Assembly (NCBI GenBank): GCA_030704615.1
Contig: CM060732.1
Coordinates: 42,470,001 to 42,534,000, forward strand
DNA from: Takakia lepidozioides
Lineage: Eukaryota; Plantae; Bryophyta
DNA length: 64,000 nucleotides
Reading direction: 5' to 3'
Under the pieces are notes generated by a model. That model had not been told where the DNA came from, did no database searches, and was given only the letters and a program-made list of their open reading frames with translations. The translations under genes were made by a program, and so were the position numbers. This document shows, piece after piece, positions 1-13,556 of the stretch. Position 1 is the first letter of the stretch. Each line of letters opens with the position of its first letter.

Positions 1-178
1 TTCCATGATATGCCCTACCCCAACCACAATTCCAGTTAATTAAAGACACTTTAATGGCAGAGTCTCACCTTCCAACAACACACGACATTGGCCCAATTTG
101 ATCTGATTCATATCCCTCATAATTGGCATCAGTTTGCCTATGCTCTTTAGGGTAAGGGTCACCTCATGAGTATATTAC

Positions 179-2583
179 CTCTTCAGCAATCTCTCCGGCC
201 TTAGCATAGGCTTTTTGACCACGGCTTGTAATGCCAATCATAATCACAGCATATGCACCCCCTGCAACTGCAATCAGAGGCACCACTGCTAGTGTAACAA
301 GTGTGAGCTGCCACACAGATGTGAAGCCCACCGCAAAACCAGCGACAAATCTTGCCATGTAATGTACATAATTTCCAGCCTGCATTCAGATATTTCAGAC
401 AACATTAGCCATAATGAACATTCTTACATGAAATCTAACTCCCTGTGACATCCTTTTCAATATCCACATAATGATTCCATGTGAAATATGGCAATATCAA
501 GATCCAACTTGAGAAGCTCAATGTATGTAGGGCTCCATTTGGTGACCTTCCAGGGCGACAGGCTGTGGACCTGCTACTATCAAACTTAACAGTGTGTGCT
601 GGCCCTTCACCCCTGAAGTTTATGTCATTTTCATACCAGCATACAAATTGATCCACAACTAACAAATGCAGAAACGCATGTGCATAATCAGTGACTATTC
701 AGTATCAAATTCTGGCAGATGTTTACAGACCATTCCACAGACACTACTTGGGCGAATAACCTATTTTCTGCCCAGTTTTTCTTATCAAGCCCCCTGTATT
801 GATTTAAAAAGCAGGTGACACTTGTATCCTCCATCCAAACTTGTGTCTACCCCTTCTCTCTCTACATCTCTCTCTGGGGTAAACCCTGGTGGGTGCGAAT
901 CCAACAAAAGGCTCTGGGAGGGTTAGTTTCCCGCAGGGTCAACGGCCGTAAGGCTATGGCAAGGCAACGTTCACAGGGCACGGCAGGAGTACATTCAGTG
1001 GCATACCTTTTCACTAATTGCCTCCTGCACTAGCAGGGTGTCACTGGAAATCCGGCTCACGATTTCCCCTGTGCTGGCATCTGTGTCAAAAAACCCCACA
1101 TCCTGGGAAAGCATTGCTTTCAAGTACTGTGTCCGCATTCGAGCTGATTGCCTTTCCCCTGTCTGCATCCAGCATGACACCTCTGCACATGGAAATGACA
1201 CTTGAATTGGATGTGTGGATTGCTACCAGCAAGGGCCTATGACTACTTAAACCAACAATTTATGGTGAAATTTGCCAAAACTGGTGGTTTTGGCCAAGCA
1301 CAAGCAATTCCCTCTTTGCAATCTGAACACTTATACATACATGCTGATTCATGGATAGGTGAGAATTCTATTAGTGGTCTTTGAGTGAGAATCGAGCACA
1401 AAGGACCAAAAGCCATCTGAACCACAATGGACCAAGCCCTCAACAGGTGAAGAGACCAGTAACAACCACTGTCTCAAGTCACATTAGAGGAAAACTCACC
1501 TAGCCATGCAGATGCCATGACAATTATTGCCAAGTAGAAGAAATACAGCGCATTCTGCATTGTCATGAGGAGAAATGTAGTCAGCTTCTCTCAAATGATC
1601 CCAGCTTACAGCTCTACTGTAATGTGTCTCCCTCCCTCCTGTCTCGCAAGAAATAGTCAAACAACGCAGTGTGATACCTCTCTGCTGCAACCAGATGACA
1701 CAAGAGCTGCACTCTTAGTCTGACTACTTGTCTAGATTTGCAGCTTCAATTCCAACTCTCTGAACGATTGACCGATTTGGTAGAGAAGTGTCTGGATGCA
1801 CTAAACCTCTCCAAACTTAATTGATGCGTGCAGGAGATTGATATCTGATTTTGTCACGATTGGTGTACGTCATGGACATGCGCTTCCCCACCTTCCCAAC
1901 CTTATCCTGTAAACCTGAAGCATGTGCTTGTATGCAGGCCATACTTCTGGTCCAGACTACATCTGATGTTGAAGCGAAAACTGTGGACTTACCACTCAGC
2001 AGAATTAAGCAGCTTGCGCTACAACTGCCCAAGGAAGCACCCGGCGTCCATTACATCTCAATATATTAAACACTAAAGTGCAAGTGCACTGATTAAACAT
2101 TCTATGGTAACGCTTGCTTCGCTTCCATTCCTCATGGCAGTGTATCACCCTAACAAATAAGGGAGGGGGTCATGGAAGAGGGGAGACCTTTGAGACTTGT
2201 TGGCTCATTTTTTGGGGATCGTTATAGTAGGTACCAAACGCATTGATTAGCTTCCCGAAGAAAATGAAGAATACAGGGATGGCCGCCCCGTGCGCACACG
2301 CTCCAATAGTCCCCAAGGCAATAAGCAAGTAGTCATAGCCATCAGCAAATGAAAAAAGCTTGTAATATGGCACGCTGGGAGCATCTGGCTTTTTCTCCTT
2401 CTCCTTCTGTCCTTTCCCGCCAGCCATGTCATTCATCTGCTTCACCGGTCTTTCTTGAAGCTCAACGGATTGAAGGTTTGGACCCGGTGACGGAAATCCT
2501 GTCAAGTATGCCTCATTACCTTGTCGCCACTTATTATTGTCTACGACATGAGACTCCAAGTCGCCTTCATCCTTTCCAATCAT
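179..2583 (-). CDS. ABCB: ABCB (MDR/P-glycoprotein) transporter, 5' part; exons 2583-2188, 1554-1500, 1182-1007, 379-179; gene continues beyond the left edge
   Basis: Spliced peptide [48 protein letters not shown] / [18 protein letters not shown] / [17 protein letters not shown]...[27 protein letters not shown] / [19 protein letters not shown]...AEE is the plant ABCB TMD1. All junctions are GT-AG and in phase. Confidence 0.95.
876..996 (+). mobile_element. Short SINE-like element in ABCB intron 3, with a tRNA B-box-like head and a LINE-A-type 3' module
   Basis: GGTGGGTGCGAATCCAAC resembles a tRNA T-arm (GGTTCGAATCC). It is followed by GGGTCAACGGCCGTAAGGCTATGGCAA...GAGTACATTC, which matches 49939-50000 and LINE-A ends. 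A CT-rich tract lies upstream. Confidence 0.55.
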
Positions 2584-3939
2584 GTTGAAAGTAAAGCCAC
2601 AGAGCTCAGCCTCTGTGGACTTAGCCAGCTTCGATATTCAGAAGTCACTGGTGCAAAATTTGATCTTGATTGTACAAGGGAGCATTAAAGCAGCATATCC
2701 TGGGTACAACAACTCAAAACTCGAAAGTGCAGACTCCGCAAACCATCGCATCCATAAGACTTCTCCTTAGGTGAGAGCACCAGACGGATGCAGCATTCCT
2801 CTTGCCGGATTCAACGGGGATGTAATCCAAAGGAACATGCAACCACAACCGACTTTGCACACAAAAAACGAGCTAAAACATGCAGCTCACTTACATGCAC
2901 TGGTAAAAAAAGAGACAATGTCCAGAGAGACGGAGACGGCATGGGAGGGAGCGAGCGCGGGGGCGGAAAGACGAATCGACCACGACATAGGCAGAGCAGA
3001 CGGGAGGAATGAGAGGCCTAAGCCTCAGAACAAAGCAGAAGCCAAACATAAGCTAAATATTCAACTCAACCTCACGACAGGAGTCGCATCCGACGACATG
3101 TAAGATAATACGACACGGGAGGCATAGAAACAGAGGAAAACCAAGACTAAGATTAAAGAGAGATATGCAGGAGCCTGGAGCAAACAAAACTCCAGCAAAA
3201 CAAGACTGCAGCTTACGATACGTCCAGAACTCAACCAAATCTTGACTTTTCTTAAGAACAGAGTCTCTGCATTCCTCTGCAGCATCAGCTCGTCAAAGAA
3301 CTCTTCCGGACGAGAGCCTGCGAGCAGAGGGAGCGAGTCCTCGTCTCTCACAGCGCAGCACGGCTGTTATTGCTGTGCACGTGAGGCTGCGCAGCCTGAC
3401 TGATCCCCCCCTCCTTACCCCCTAAAACCCCCCCTAATCATCCACTAATCATCCTCTAATACCTCATTCATTACCCCCCGCTTCTTTTCTTTTTCTTTTT
3501 TTCTTTTTCCCTCTTTCCGGCGAAAAGAAATGAGACAGAAAGAGTTGCTCGCACTCCGATTTTCTCGAAAAACAAAAGTGGGAAAATAAATTTAAAAACA
3601 AAATAGGAAAAGAGGACAAAGGGGACCCGGAGCTGACATAAAGACGTGTGGGCAGGGCAATAAAGGGTACAGGTGAGGGGTGCTCGTAATGCGCGCGGCT
3701 CGCCTGCCATTACTTTGGGTTGGTGGGGGCACTACTGATTATGGTGCCCTCCTGTCAACCCGCTCTTTATACAGCCGCGGATGACATCTACCTTTCATTC
3801 ACGGATACGTAACGAATGTACGTTGGAGCCCATCCTGACGGATGATACCTCACTCCAAGTACATGAGCTCATTTCGAGTGCATGGGACAGTACATGAGCA
3901 TAGCCTTTGTACAACCAATTCCTGAACAGCAATATTCTG

Positions 3940-4470
3940 GAACCGGGGACAAGATTCTTGTGGCTAGAGACATGAGTCATGTCCCGTTAGCCCTAGTTAG
4001 TCTTTGACCACAGTCAGATGTATAGATAGCATGCATTTTCCCACTTCACACCTAATTTTCTCGTCACCTTAATGTGGTGTTGACCCGCCGGTTTGCTATC
4101 TAACTATGTAGATGCATGTTTACACGTCGGCCTACCCTTTGGGGATGAGAGCCCTTGACTGCTTTTGTCATTGTAGTCTTACTAAGTTGTATCTAACCCA
4201 ATGGATTTGATGCTACAAAGAATGACGTTGCAAGGGAAGGGCTCGGCAGTCAATCGACAGCACCATTGACGATCCACAGGACCGTCTTTCTTCACATAAA
4301 TTAGTTTGTTTGGAAATCCATCTAACACATGAGGGCGATTAACGAAAAATGTTTACCTAGATGTAGTATTGATATGTATGTTCTATATATGTCGGGCCAT
4401 AGGTCAATGTTTAACCAGGGTGCCGGAGACATGACCCATGTTCTGCATCTGGAATCTTGAACTCGGGCTC
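3940..4470. repeat. Degenerate inverted repeat (probable TE relic)
   Basis: 3940-3987 is an imperfect reverse complement of ~4424-4470 (GGACATGACYCATGT...GAATCTTG...CGGKCTC). Confidence 0.35.
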
Positions 4471-6729
4471 ATATTAATTTGGAATATTTGCTTAAAGCTT
4501 GAGTGCGGTTGGATGAAGCCATTATACTAGGGGTGCGTCCATATTGCATTGGACGCCTCAGAACTGTTGTTGTTGTTGTTGTTGGTTCCCATCTTTGTGA
4601 TGCTCAGCTATGGAGAATAGAATACATTGCTGTCCCGCTGTAATGCGCATACATAACAAAGGCTGCCCCCATGTATGGCTTTCCATGGTTATTGTTTTCG
4701 TAGAACCCCCCCCCCCTCCTTAACTTAATTTCAAGGGCCTTCGTCCCTCTTTTCCAAGAAACAAAAAACAAGTTGCATTCTTAACCATAACACGATACTG
4801 CAAACATCTTTACCGGTCTCGAAAAGAATTTCAAAGTATTGGCTATTATCCTTTTCTTTTCTTTTTCTTAAGGGAATCATCCGGATCGGTCATTTTCTTT
4901 TCTTTATTTTTGGTTTGTTTGAGAACAGGGGATTGTAGCCCCCTAAAAATTTCCTTTTGTTTGTGAGTTGGAGCATAAAAGGGGGCAATTTTTTTTTTTT
5001 TTTTCAAATGTTGAGAAAGCTTCTAAATAATCGTGAAGAACAGAGACACCAGGGATCTTTGTTGATTCCTTTGTTCTGTAACAGAAGATTCCAAAGGACT
5101 GTAATGCAGTACATTGACTGGTTTGGAAAGAGGGTAAGCAAGAGAGTACCCTGATTTCACTGTGATAACATACAAGGCGAGGTAGTTGGAGAGCACGATG
5201 GTATGGTGATCGGTCATCGACTAGTCTTTGGGTTGTGGAGATTTGCACTTGTTTGTTTCGGTAGCGCAAACGAAGATCATACAGAAGGCATACACTTGGG
5301 CAGGCAAGACGTGCGCTGCCCATGTCCCCATGCTTTTGCCATGGCTTCAACACGTAGTAATTAAGATCAAGCTGAGGCAAACGATGTGTAATTCAATGAA
5401 AATTTTGTCTGTCCTGCTAAACTTGTCTTTCTACTAATCTTCCTCCGGTCACCCTGAGCAGAAACCCAGAATCATGAGGGCTGTTGCATTCAAGTTGGCC
5501 TCCGAACTTACGCTTGGCCGCACATGGTGGACTCCACTGGGCCCTGAGAAGAGCTAGGAATGGGCGAGCAGAGTCTGTTTCAAGGCATAAGATAACATTG
5601 TTGTTTCTTTTCTATAGTAGCTAAGTACCTGATCTCTGATCACGATTTATTTATTCTTAGGAGGAGAAGCTGAAGATTTGAATGATTGAAGGAGGCTCGG
5701 ACAACGTTCGATTATAAAGTAGAAGCCAAAAGTGGGTGAATCCAGATGCCTTTCAGGCCCCAGTGGGCTCTTGACTTGGGCCCAGCTTAGAATAAAGCGG
5801 TGTTTTGGACAAAGGCACCCAAAGGCACCACGAAGGCGCTGACGAGAGTGTTCCCTATTGGTCTACCTGGTGACCACAAATCTTGGCCCCAAAACCTGCT
5901 TGTGACGCAGTAGCTGAACACAGTGCTCACTGCTGTTCGTCTCGAGCAAGACTGATGATGCACTCATGATGTTGAAGAACTAGTGCTCAACTGTGGCTCG
6001 TCCCAAAAGCAACAAAAGTGGGAGTGTAAGTGGGCGTCCTGGGCATGCTCCTTCAAGGAACAATCTCGGTCAGCGCATACGTGGTGCTGACTGTGACCAC
6101 AAGTGTTGGGCCCAAAGTAACGCACTCTTCACTGCTGATCATCTCACGGGTCTAGAGGAGGCCTCGTGGACGTGCTTCCAAGTGTGGCCCTTCCCGAAAA
6201 GGAACAAAGCAACAACTGGGAGTGCTGGCACCTGCGACGTGGAAGATGGGGACCATAGATTCGTGAAGAGATTTATCAGAGGCCAAAGAAGGAACTTGGA
6301 AGGCAGGAGGGAAGAGATATACCTGCACAGACATTCCTACATGTACATGATTAACCAACTGGGCAGCTACATACTAAAAGCAGATGCATCAAAATAGAAT
6401 GCTCGGAACAAGAGGTGCTCGTAATTTTCTCATGTGCCCAGTCAGACTGGCATCATCGATCGTCATCACAGCGGGTGCTGCCTGCCATGCAGGCTGGCCA
6501 GCAAAGTCAGCAAACCAACAACCGAAGAGTGTCACACTCTCGAGTCTCACGTCACCTTCAGCATTTCTGAAGATTAACTAATAAGCGCATATCAGAGTGG
6601 CAGGGCCGTTCCGCACAGCAGAAATAAGTTGTTGCTAATTATGCTCTCGTAACATATAACTTCAGTTTCTGACTGAATCATTATTTAGGCAATCATTGAA
6701 CAAGAGCAATTTTTAAAATTTTATGTTGT

Positions 6730-6891
6730 ATGTAACTCCACTCGGGGTTACACAGAATGGAGTGTAACTCCACTCGGTGTAACTCACACTTGGTCTCGAA
6801 CTAAGAAGAGTTACACAAGACATAGGACAAATACTCCGGGGTTACACCGGTTGGGGTGACGGTACACCGGGTTACAGTACCAAGGGTTACA
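6730..6891. repeat. Cluster of GTAACTC/GGTTACAC motifs in both orientations, probable DNA-transposon subterminal relic
   Basis: TGTAACTCCACTCGG occurs twice; GTTACA occurs repeatedly. Confidence 0.35.
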
Positions 6892-8659
6892 ATAGCCTCC
6901 CATCAATAATCAAATCGAAATCTCGCTGCCTACACTGCAATCACCTTACCAGCACGCTACTCACCACTCCATGACACCCTCCTGGATTCTTAAGTATTTA
7001 ATAGTGAAACCTAGGTAAGAGGGGGTGGGGAGGATTTGACAGGGGCCCCTGCTGGACAGTGGAGCCCGGGCTGCCAGAATCCGGCAAAAGTACCGTCGGA
7101 TGGCATGAGTGCATTTAGTTCTTACCTTATTCCTAGTGTCCTCCAATAATTGCAAGCATGTGGAGGCTCTTGGATGTCGTACAAATAAAATATATTCCAT
7201 CATCCCAACCCACTAAAACCTGATTTCCACACTTATTGAAAGAGCCGCATCCATATTGTGCCGCGCCCTTGCTCTCTCTCGGCACTCATACCTAGATTTT
7301 TCCTCCCAAAATGGATTTGATACTCTTATCAGGTACCATCCTCACATAGTCCAAGACTTCGCGGGCCTCTTTCCGCGACCGTGGCATCTTGGGTTTCAAG
7401 GATATAGTCCGCAATAGTTCGCATTATGGCAGACATCCCAACATTACTTATCAACCACCTAGGCATCGCCTAGATTAAAAGTAGTGGTGCTAGTAAAATG
7501 TATTTCCAAAACCCCACCAAAACCTGATTTCCAAGCTTAGGTTTTTCCTCACAAAATGGATCTTATACTGGTATTATATCAACCACCTAGGCATTGCTGA
7601 GACTAATACAATATTCGGTCAATACCGGTATATGCTAGGTAGTGGTTGCTAGCTGATACGTCCAGACCTCGAGAGACGATCTTGGAGCTTCATATCAATA
7701 TTGATACCAGTTTCTTATTAATATACCCGTCCAACATGGATGTATACATAACCAGCCGCGCGATCAACAATAGGGGATGCAGAATTTGATGGTAATGATC
7801 TGGTTGCATCGGCCCGTGGGTTTGACTTGCTGTTTATATCTAACTTTTTCTTTTAAAATTTAAAGGGAAACACCCATAAGCAACTGCTCACAAATCAGGC
7901 CCCTTAACTACAGTGAGACCAGAAAATAACCTCTTGAACAAAGTATTCTTGCCATGAGGCGCCGCAAAAGGCTTAGGGATCAATATGACCTCTTTGTGTC
8001 TATGGCATTACCTCTATGTTTAAAACAAGCATAATTGTCTGTCAACTATTCTAACAATTAATCATATTACATATGTGCGCTTGTGTTTTAGGGAATTTAG
8101 ACAAAGGTTTCTAAATTTTCACTTATTTATTAGGCATAGTGTTTGTGAATTACTTTCTGCTGGGTAAGGAGGTTGAAATCAAGGAAAGGGCTGAGTCCAG
8201 CCCTAAAGTTGGTTGTTCCATATTACAATATGGGAGCGTACACAGTGACAGAGTATACAATACTCATCACTTCAATCTTTGGCTGACAATGACAAGCCTT
8301 CATGTGTCTCTGCTTTCGCCCATTTGTGGACTTCCACAAATTTTGGCCCTGGACTCACAGTGCTGGCTGTGCATGCTGCCAGACTTTATGCTTATCATTC
8401 ACACAATTCTGGCCAGACTTATGTGCTCACTTCTATGTACCAATAGCTTGGAGGGAGGAAATGGTGGACAACTGGGCCAATTTGTAGTACAATGGAGGTT
8501 TATCCCTGGAGTCCAGAGGTGGGCTAAAACCCAAATTTGGATAATCCTTTCTTCCACTGCATAATTATAAGTAGTGTATGCAATAACTGAAACAGCCCCC
8601 ATCTACCTCAGGTTTTACCCACCTTCGAAGTGGAGGCTACTCGGGCTGAATCTAAGATA

Positions 8660-9090
8660 TGTACACAGGAGAGGTTGTTTTCAGTAGCCTTATGGCCAGG
8701 GACGCAGCCCAGTTGGAGTGGAACAAGAGGGAACAGACTTCACTTGGTACAAACACTTCATAGAAGCATCGATCTGCTGTGTGTGAGCTGCAAGTAGACC
8801 CAACTTCAAAGTTGCTGAACAGAAATAATGGTGCCGAAGAGGGTCTGATGAGCTTAGACATTGTATTGTTTCAGAAAATATGGATGTTGTCTTCAGGCGG
8901 CCCACACATTGGGCATTGCAATCTCCCTTTCCTCTCTGCTTCTCTTTACTTTACAAAGGAAGATTCCCCACTGTAAAGTTATAATTTTATCTAATGCTGG
9001 GGGTAGGTAGGCCATCCTTAAGGTCCTCAGTCCTCACCCACAAACTGGAAGCAAGTTCAGGGAGGATTAATGTCTAACTTCGTTGGTGAA
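8660..9090 (-). mobile_element. Degenerate 3' fragment of LINE family A
   Basis: Reverse complement matches 47930-48470 (CCCTGAACTTG..CCAGT, CCCAATGTGTGGGC, TGGCCATAAGGCTA). Confidence 0.75.
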
Positions 9091-9783
9091 TCTAGAGAGC
9101 GATCCAGATAGACAGGCCATAATATTGGATAGAGCTGAATTCCGTCTCTCGAGTACATTACCTGCTGCTCTATGGGTTTAGGTCAGCCAGCAGCTCCTGC
9201 CAAATCACTTGCAAATGGCCACTCCCCTGGCATCCTGGGTACGAAATAACACTGCACACTAGCCAACATACTTCAGTGCCCAGTAAGCTGACCCCCCATG
9301 TTGTTCAGCTTTGGCCACTGAGTCAACTGAATGGAAAAGCAACAAGGCCTCCATGTGTGCTTCCTTAAAGCTTTGCAAGATTCCAGTAAACATTCTTCAC
9401 AATCTTCATCATCCCTCTTAGATGAAGAGAGATGTGCAGCACGAAATCTGCAAGGATAACCGAGGGAGTAGGCTATACCTATGGACCAACATGGACGAGA
9501 CACAAATCTAGTCACAGATTAATTGGACAAGCACAACTGGATTTGCTGAATCAGCCCCAGACTCAGCCTCTGGCATCATCCTCCTTCAATATCCACGCTA
9601 CTGCACTCAGGACCGACCCCCTCATAAACGCCATCTCTTTCTACCTCTCTCAGTCTCCTCCCTTGATTGCAACATTCAACTTTACACTCAGCAATCGTTA
9701 ACCGACATGACATGCAACCCAGTGAGTTTCACAAATTGAGATGATACACAGTGAACTAAATATTGTACCAAGCTAGTTCGATA

Positions 9784-12233
9784 CTAAGCTGCGGCAACAG
9801 GGGTGTACCAACCCCGCTGAATTTCTAGAGCTTTCTTGGCACGAGCCAAGCGCGACTTTTGGTGGCCTCCTTTGTTTCTATGAATAGTGCCAACCTTCAC
9901 AGCTTTGTCAATCACAGAGTATGCCTCAGCAATGAGACTTTCCACTGGCTTGAGGTCATCCGCTGATGACTGGCCCTGCTTTTTCAGCCCCTCAAGGGCC
10001 AGAAACACCTGCACCAGCAGCAACCCTTCAGAGTTAAGTAGTGCTTTTCAGAGTACATGAGTACAAAGATCGATCAATTAACCCATTAATAATTAGTAGT
10101 GGGTAAAACCAAGCTTCCAACTGCAGCACACTACAATGATATTGGTTTCGCACAAGTGTTGCATTACCCCATTAACTTCAAAAGCAAGGTCCGTGGCCAC
10201 AATGGTGGCTAGAGGAGCAGTGATGGTTAACCGTCCGTTTTCCACCATGAAGTCTACAAGATTTCAATCTCAAAAACTTGATGCCCTGTAAATGGATTGT
10301 TGTTGGCTGCACATGAGCACCATGGTAAGTTCCAGATGGGTTCTCATACCCCAAAGGCTAGATACCCTACCCTGACATCTGAGCTGTGATATCACAGGGA
10401 ACAGTACATGTGTGCATTCTGTCTTTCTTTCCCACTCTTTCTCCCTCTGCTCCCTCTGTCTTCCATGGTTCATAATCCCCAGGGTGATTCCTGGAAACTG
10501 GACACTTGTGCCAAACATAGCTTCATGTGTAGTTTTTGGGGTGAGTCCCAGAATGGAGGACAAGTCCTTTAAAACCTACTTGCTCAAGTTTGGGCTTGGC
10601 ATATGTGGCTGAGGACACTATCTCGAGACTTAGTAGCAGAGGCACATTGAAGGTGACAACGTCTAAGAATGCTCCACGTAAAGACTCACAAGTAATCTCA
10701 GAGAAGTTCAACCATGACTGGATAATGAAGCGCTCAGGGAAGACAGCCAAAGATGGGGACTTTAAACTGAAAGTTTCCAACCCGTTTGAAGCCCTGGAAG
10801 AGGGTGACCCAGAATCAGACATGTCTCTTCACAGATCAACGTGTGAACGAAGGATATGGCATGCTCAATGGCATGCCAATCCTTGAAGTTTACAAAAGAC
10901 GATCAAAGCCTGCACGCAATGAAACTGACTAATCATTGCAGAATTGCAGGGCGTCTAGGAGCTAATTGTGAAATCATCCTCCAACCATGCTAAATCTGAA
11001 GAATCCATTCAGGTGGGTGCTGCTCAAAGAGAGCATCTCAGCATGCTCTAGAATGGCTAACATAGCTATTTGGGGCAAGTATGACACACCTCCTTCAAGC
11101 TCTCAATGTGATGAGTTCAATGTCAGATGGTGGAGTCAGTTAAACCACCTGCCTAATACCAGATACCCTAAGCTAATCGACTCTATTGGAAGCAAGACGG
11201 GGCTTTAGGTTCAGCCTCAAGATCTTCGAAGTTGGTGAACAGAGGTGTTGGGACAATGTTCTTGATGAGACGGTCACTCTCTGGTGAGAGTATCCCGGAC
11301 AATGTATGAGAAAGTGGATATTGTCTTCAGGCTGCCCGCACATTGGGCAATTACAATCTCTTCCTCTCTGCATCTGTTTATTGTCCAAAGGTAGGCTTCC
11401 TGCCCTGAGTTTGAATTTCAGTCTATTGCCAAGGGTAGGTAGGCCCTTGAGATCATCCTTAAGGTTCTCGCGCATGTCACAGACTGGAAACAAGTTCAGG
11501 GAAGTCTTATGCCTAACTTCATTTTCATGGGACAGTCTTCGGCATCGAACACTGTTGGGACCTGATTGCTGGGCAGCTCACACAGCAAGTTGATGGTTGT
11601 GGGCTTCGTAGAGGATATCTACAGAACCCGAACTAATTGTCTTTATAATGGTAGGTCACACTACCAGAGCGAGCCCTTCAGAAAGGTAGTATCTGTTCCC
11701 TTTTGTTCGCCCAAACTGGGCACAGGGTCTATGGCCACAAGGCTACGGCAAACAATGTCTTGTGAATACATCCTAAACCCTGACCTGATTCCAGATAATT
11801 ACAAAATGCTAATTCCTATGGTCCGAAGCCATCATGCCCAGAAAATGATGAGTGGTAACTCACTTGAAGCACATTTAATCTGTGTTTATGATGTAGAAAC
11901 AGGGCAAACAAATGGATAACCCAAACACCGACAGGACTTGAACACCCAATTCAAGTCCAAAAGCTCAAAGCCAATCATGAATAACACTTAGCCACTAGTG
12001 TCAGTCTGCACAGTTGCAGAAACTACCTTCTTCATGCGGGTATGGATCTCCGACTTCCTTGCCTTGTGGTAGACGCGTCGCTTCTCTGCCTGCCGGGCCC
12101 TCTTCGCTGCTGAATCAGGTTTCTTTGTAACTGGTGCGGCAGCAGCTCTCACAAGCACAGGCCGTCTTGCAAGTGGAATCACCACTGTTCTGCATCCCAC
12201 TCCTGCCACCATGCCCCTCAAACTGTTTTTCAT
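9784..12233 (-). CDS. RPS20: Plastid 30S ribosomal protein S20 (nuclear-encoded); exons 12233(start uncertain)-12027 and 10008-9784
   Basis: DSAAKRARQAEKRRVYHKARKSEIHTRMKK / VFLALE...EAYSVIDKAVKVGTIHRNKGGHQKSRLARAKK is bS20. A transit-peptide-like N-terminus ends ...PVLVRAAA. The intron is GT-AG, phase 0. Confidence 0.92.
10474..11772 (+). mobile_element. Deleted and rearranged LINE family A copy in the RPS20 intron; segment ~11199-11545 is inverted
   Basis: 10474-10820 matches the reverse complement of ~39100-39414 (VSNPFEAL). 11017-11198 matches the RT C-terminal region. 11199-11545 encodes GLPTLGNRLKFKLRAG..CNCPMCGQPEDNIHFLIHC on the - strand. 11552-11772 is the 3' end on +. Confidence 0.85.
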
Positions 12234-12594
12234 GAGCAGCTGAAGCCTGTGTTTGTGCCCTTGTGTGCCTCGAAACAAGGAGAACCTGTCTATTGTGTGC
12301 CTTTACAGCAATGGTCATGACATTTTTCAATAAAAGATTCGTCTGTAGAAAGAACCACAAGGTGCTCTGGCCAAATACGGCATTCCCCCTCAAACGCCTC
12401 AGCAGCCATTACAAAACCATGCTCAAGCTACCACATTATTAGGGTTTCCAAGGAAATACAGGACGCTACTATGTTCTCATCACACCAGTGTCTGCAGAAA
12501 AAAAGAATGTACTCATAGGCGCATATTGTGGACAGGCTCGAAAGCAACTGCCGTAGCTTCTCAAACTCACACCAGCTTTGCCACTGAGTCAAGC

Positions 12595-12649
12595 ATGTGT
12601 GTGCGTGTGTGTTTGTGTGTGTGGAGTGAGAGAGATAGAGAGAGAGAGA
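12595..12649. repeat. (TG)n/(GA)n microsatellite between the divergent RPS20 and TPR genes
   Basis: Directly visible. Confidence 0.8.
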
Positions 12650-13556
12650 TGGCCAGTAATTCCAGTAAGTGTCTTGGTCTTTGCCCTCAGCAACCGGCTT
12701 TTGTATGTGTAAGTGGCTTCTGCCTCTCCCAACTTTAGCTGGAATCTACTTTGGAAGCTGGTTTGTCCGACCACTCTACCCTGGCCTATCTGCACTTCTG
12801 TGATTCCCTGCCAGAATTTCTTAGCTTGACAATGTTGCTATCCAGGGTATTGGTAGTAAATTGAATCGAGGTATCCCCCCTCTCTATACGAGCGAGTGAC
12901 CAGAGAGGAGGGAAGTGTGTCTCCGTTCAAGGGAGTTCTGAGTAGAGGAGCTGACGTTCAAAGCGATAATCTCCATTCAACATATTGTCTTTCTCTGGTG
13001 GCACTAGTCATCTCCTACTCAAAACCACTACACTCCAGACAAAGCTCGTAAGCAAGAAAACAACGCCAAATCCTCTACTATTGAAAGTAAAATACAAGCA
13101 CAAAAGCCCATGCTACGAAGGTCCTAAGTAACCGGGCCACGGACCTTGAAAGGAACTTCCCAGGAAACTCGAAGAGTTGAAGGATCTCACAGAGACCAGG
13201 GAGACGGAGGACCGCAGAGATGGCCTTGGAACAGCCACACGTGACAGGGAGGTACACGGTGGTGCGGAGGCGCTCGCTACAAGCGCCATCGCTGACCTTT
13301 GAAGCTATTCTTGCGATGCACAATGCAATTGCAAGATCAGAGAGAGCCGAGGTCTATCCTCCCCAGCGTCGTTGACGAGGAATGCAGTTTCCGGCTTCTT
13401 CCGTCCCTTTGTGGGCGATTCCGTTGCCTCGCCAGTTGTTGGATGCTGCTGATGCCAACCAAGCCTCGCACTGCAGCAGACACAAAGAGTTGTGTTATCT
13501 GATGCAAGCGTCTTTGTGGATTCTGCACGAAGACGAAGCTGTGCACCCTGGGAGAG

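Noticed and set aside
4943-6600. ORFs of 134-145 aa between ABCB and RPS20
   Set aside because: No recognisable motifs or consistent exon chain. A decayed gene or lncRNA cannot be excluded.
12503-12560. TATGAGTACATTC on the - strand as another LINE-A terminus
   Set aside because: The upstream hairpins are missing and it could be a 5'UTR splice donor of RPS20. Too short to call.
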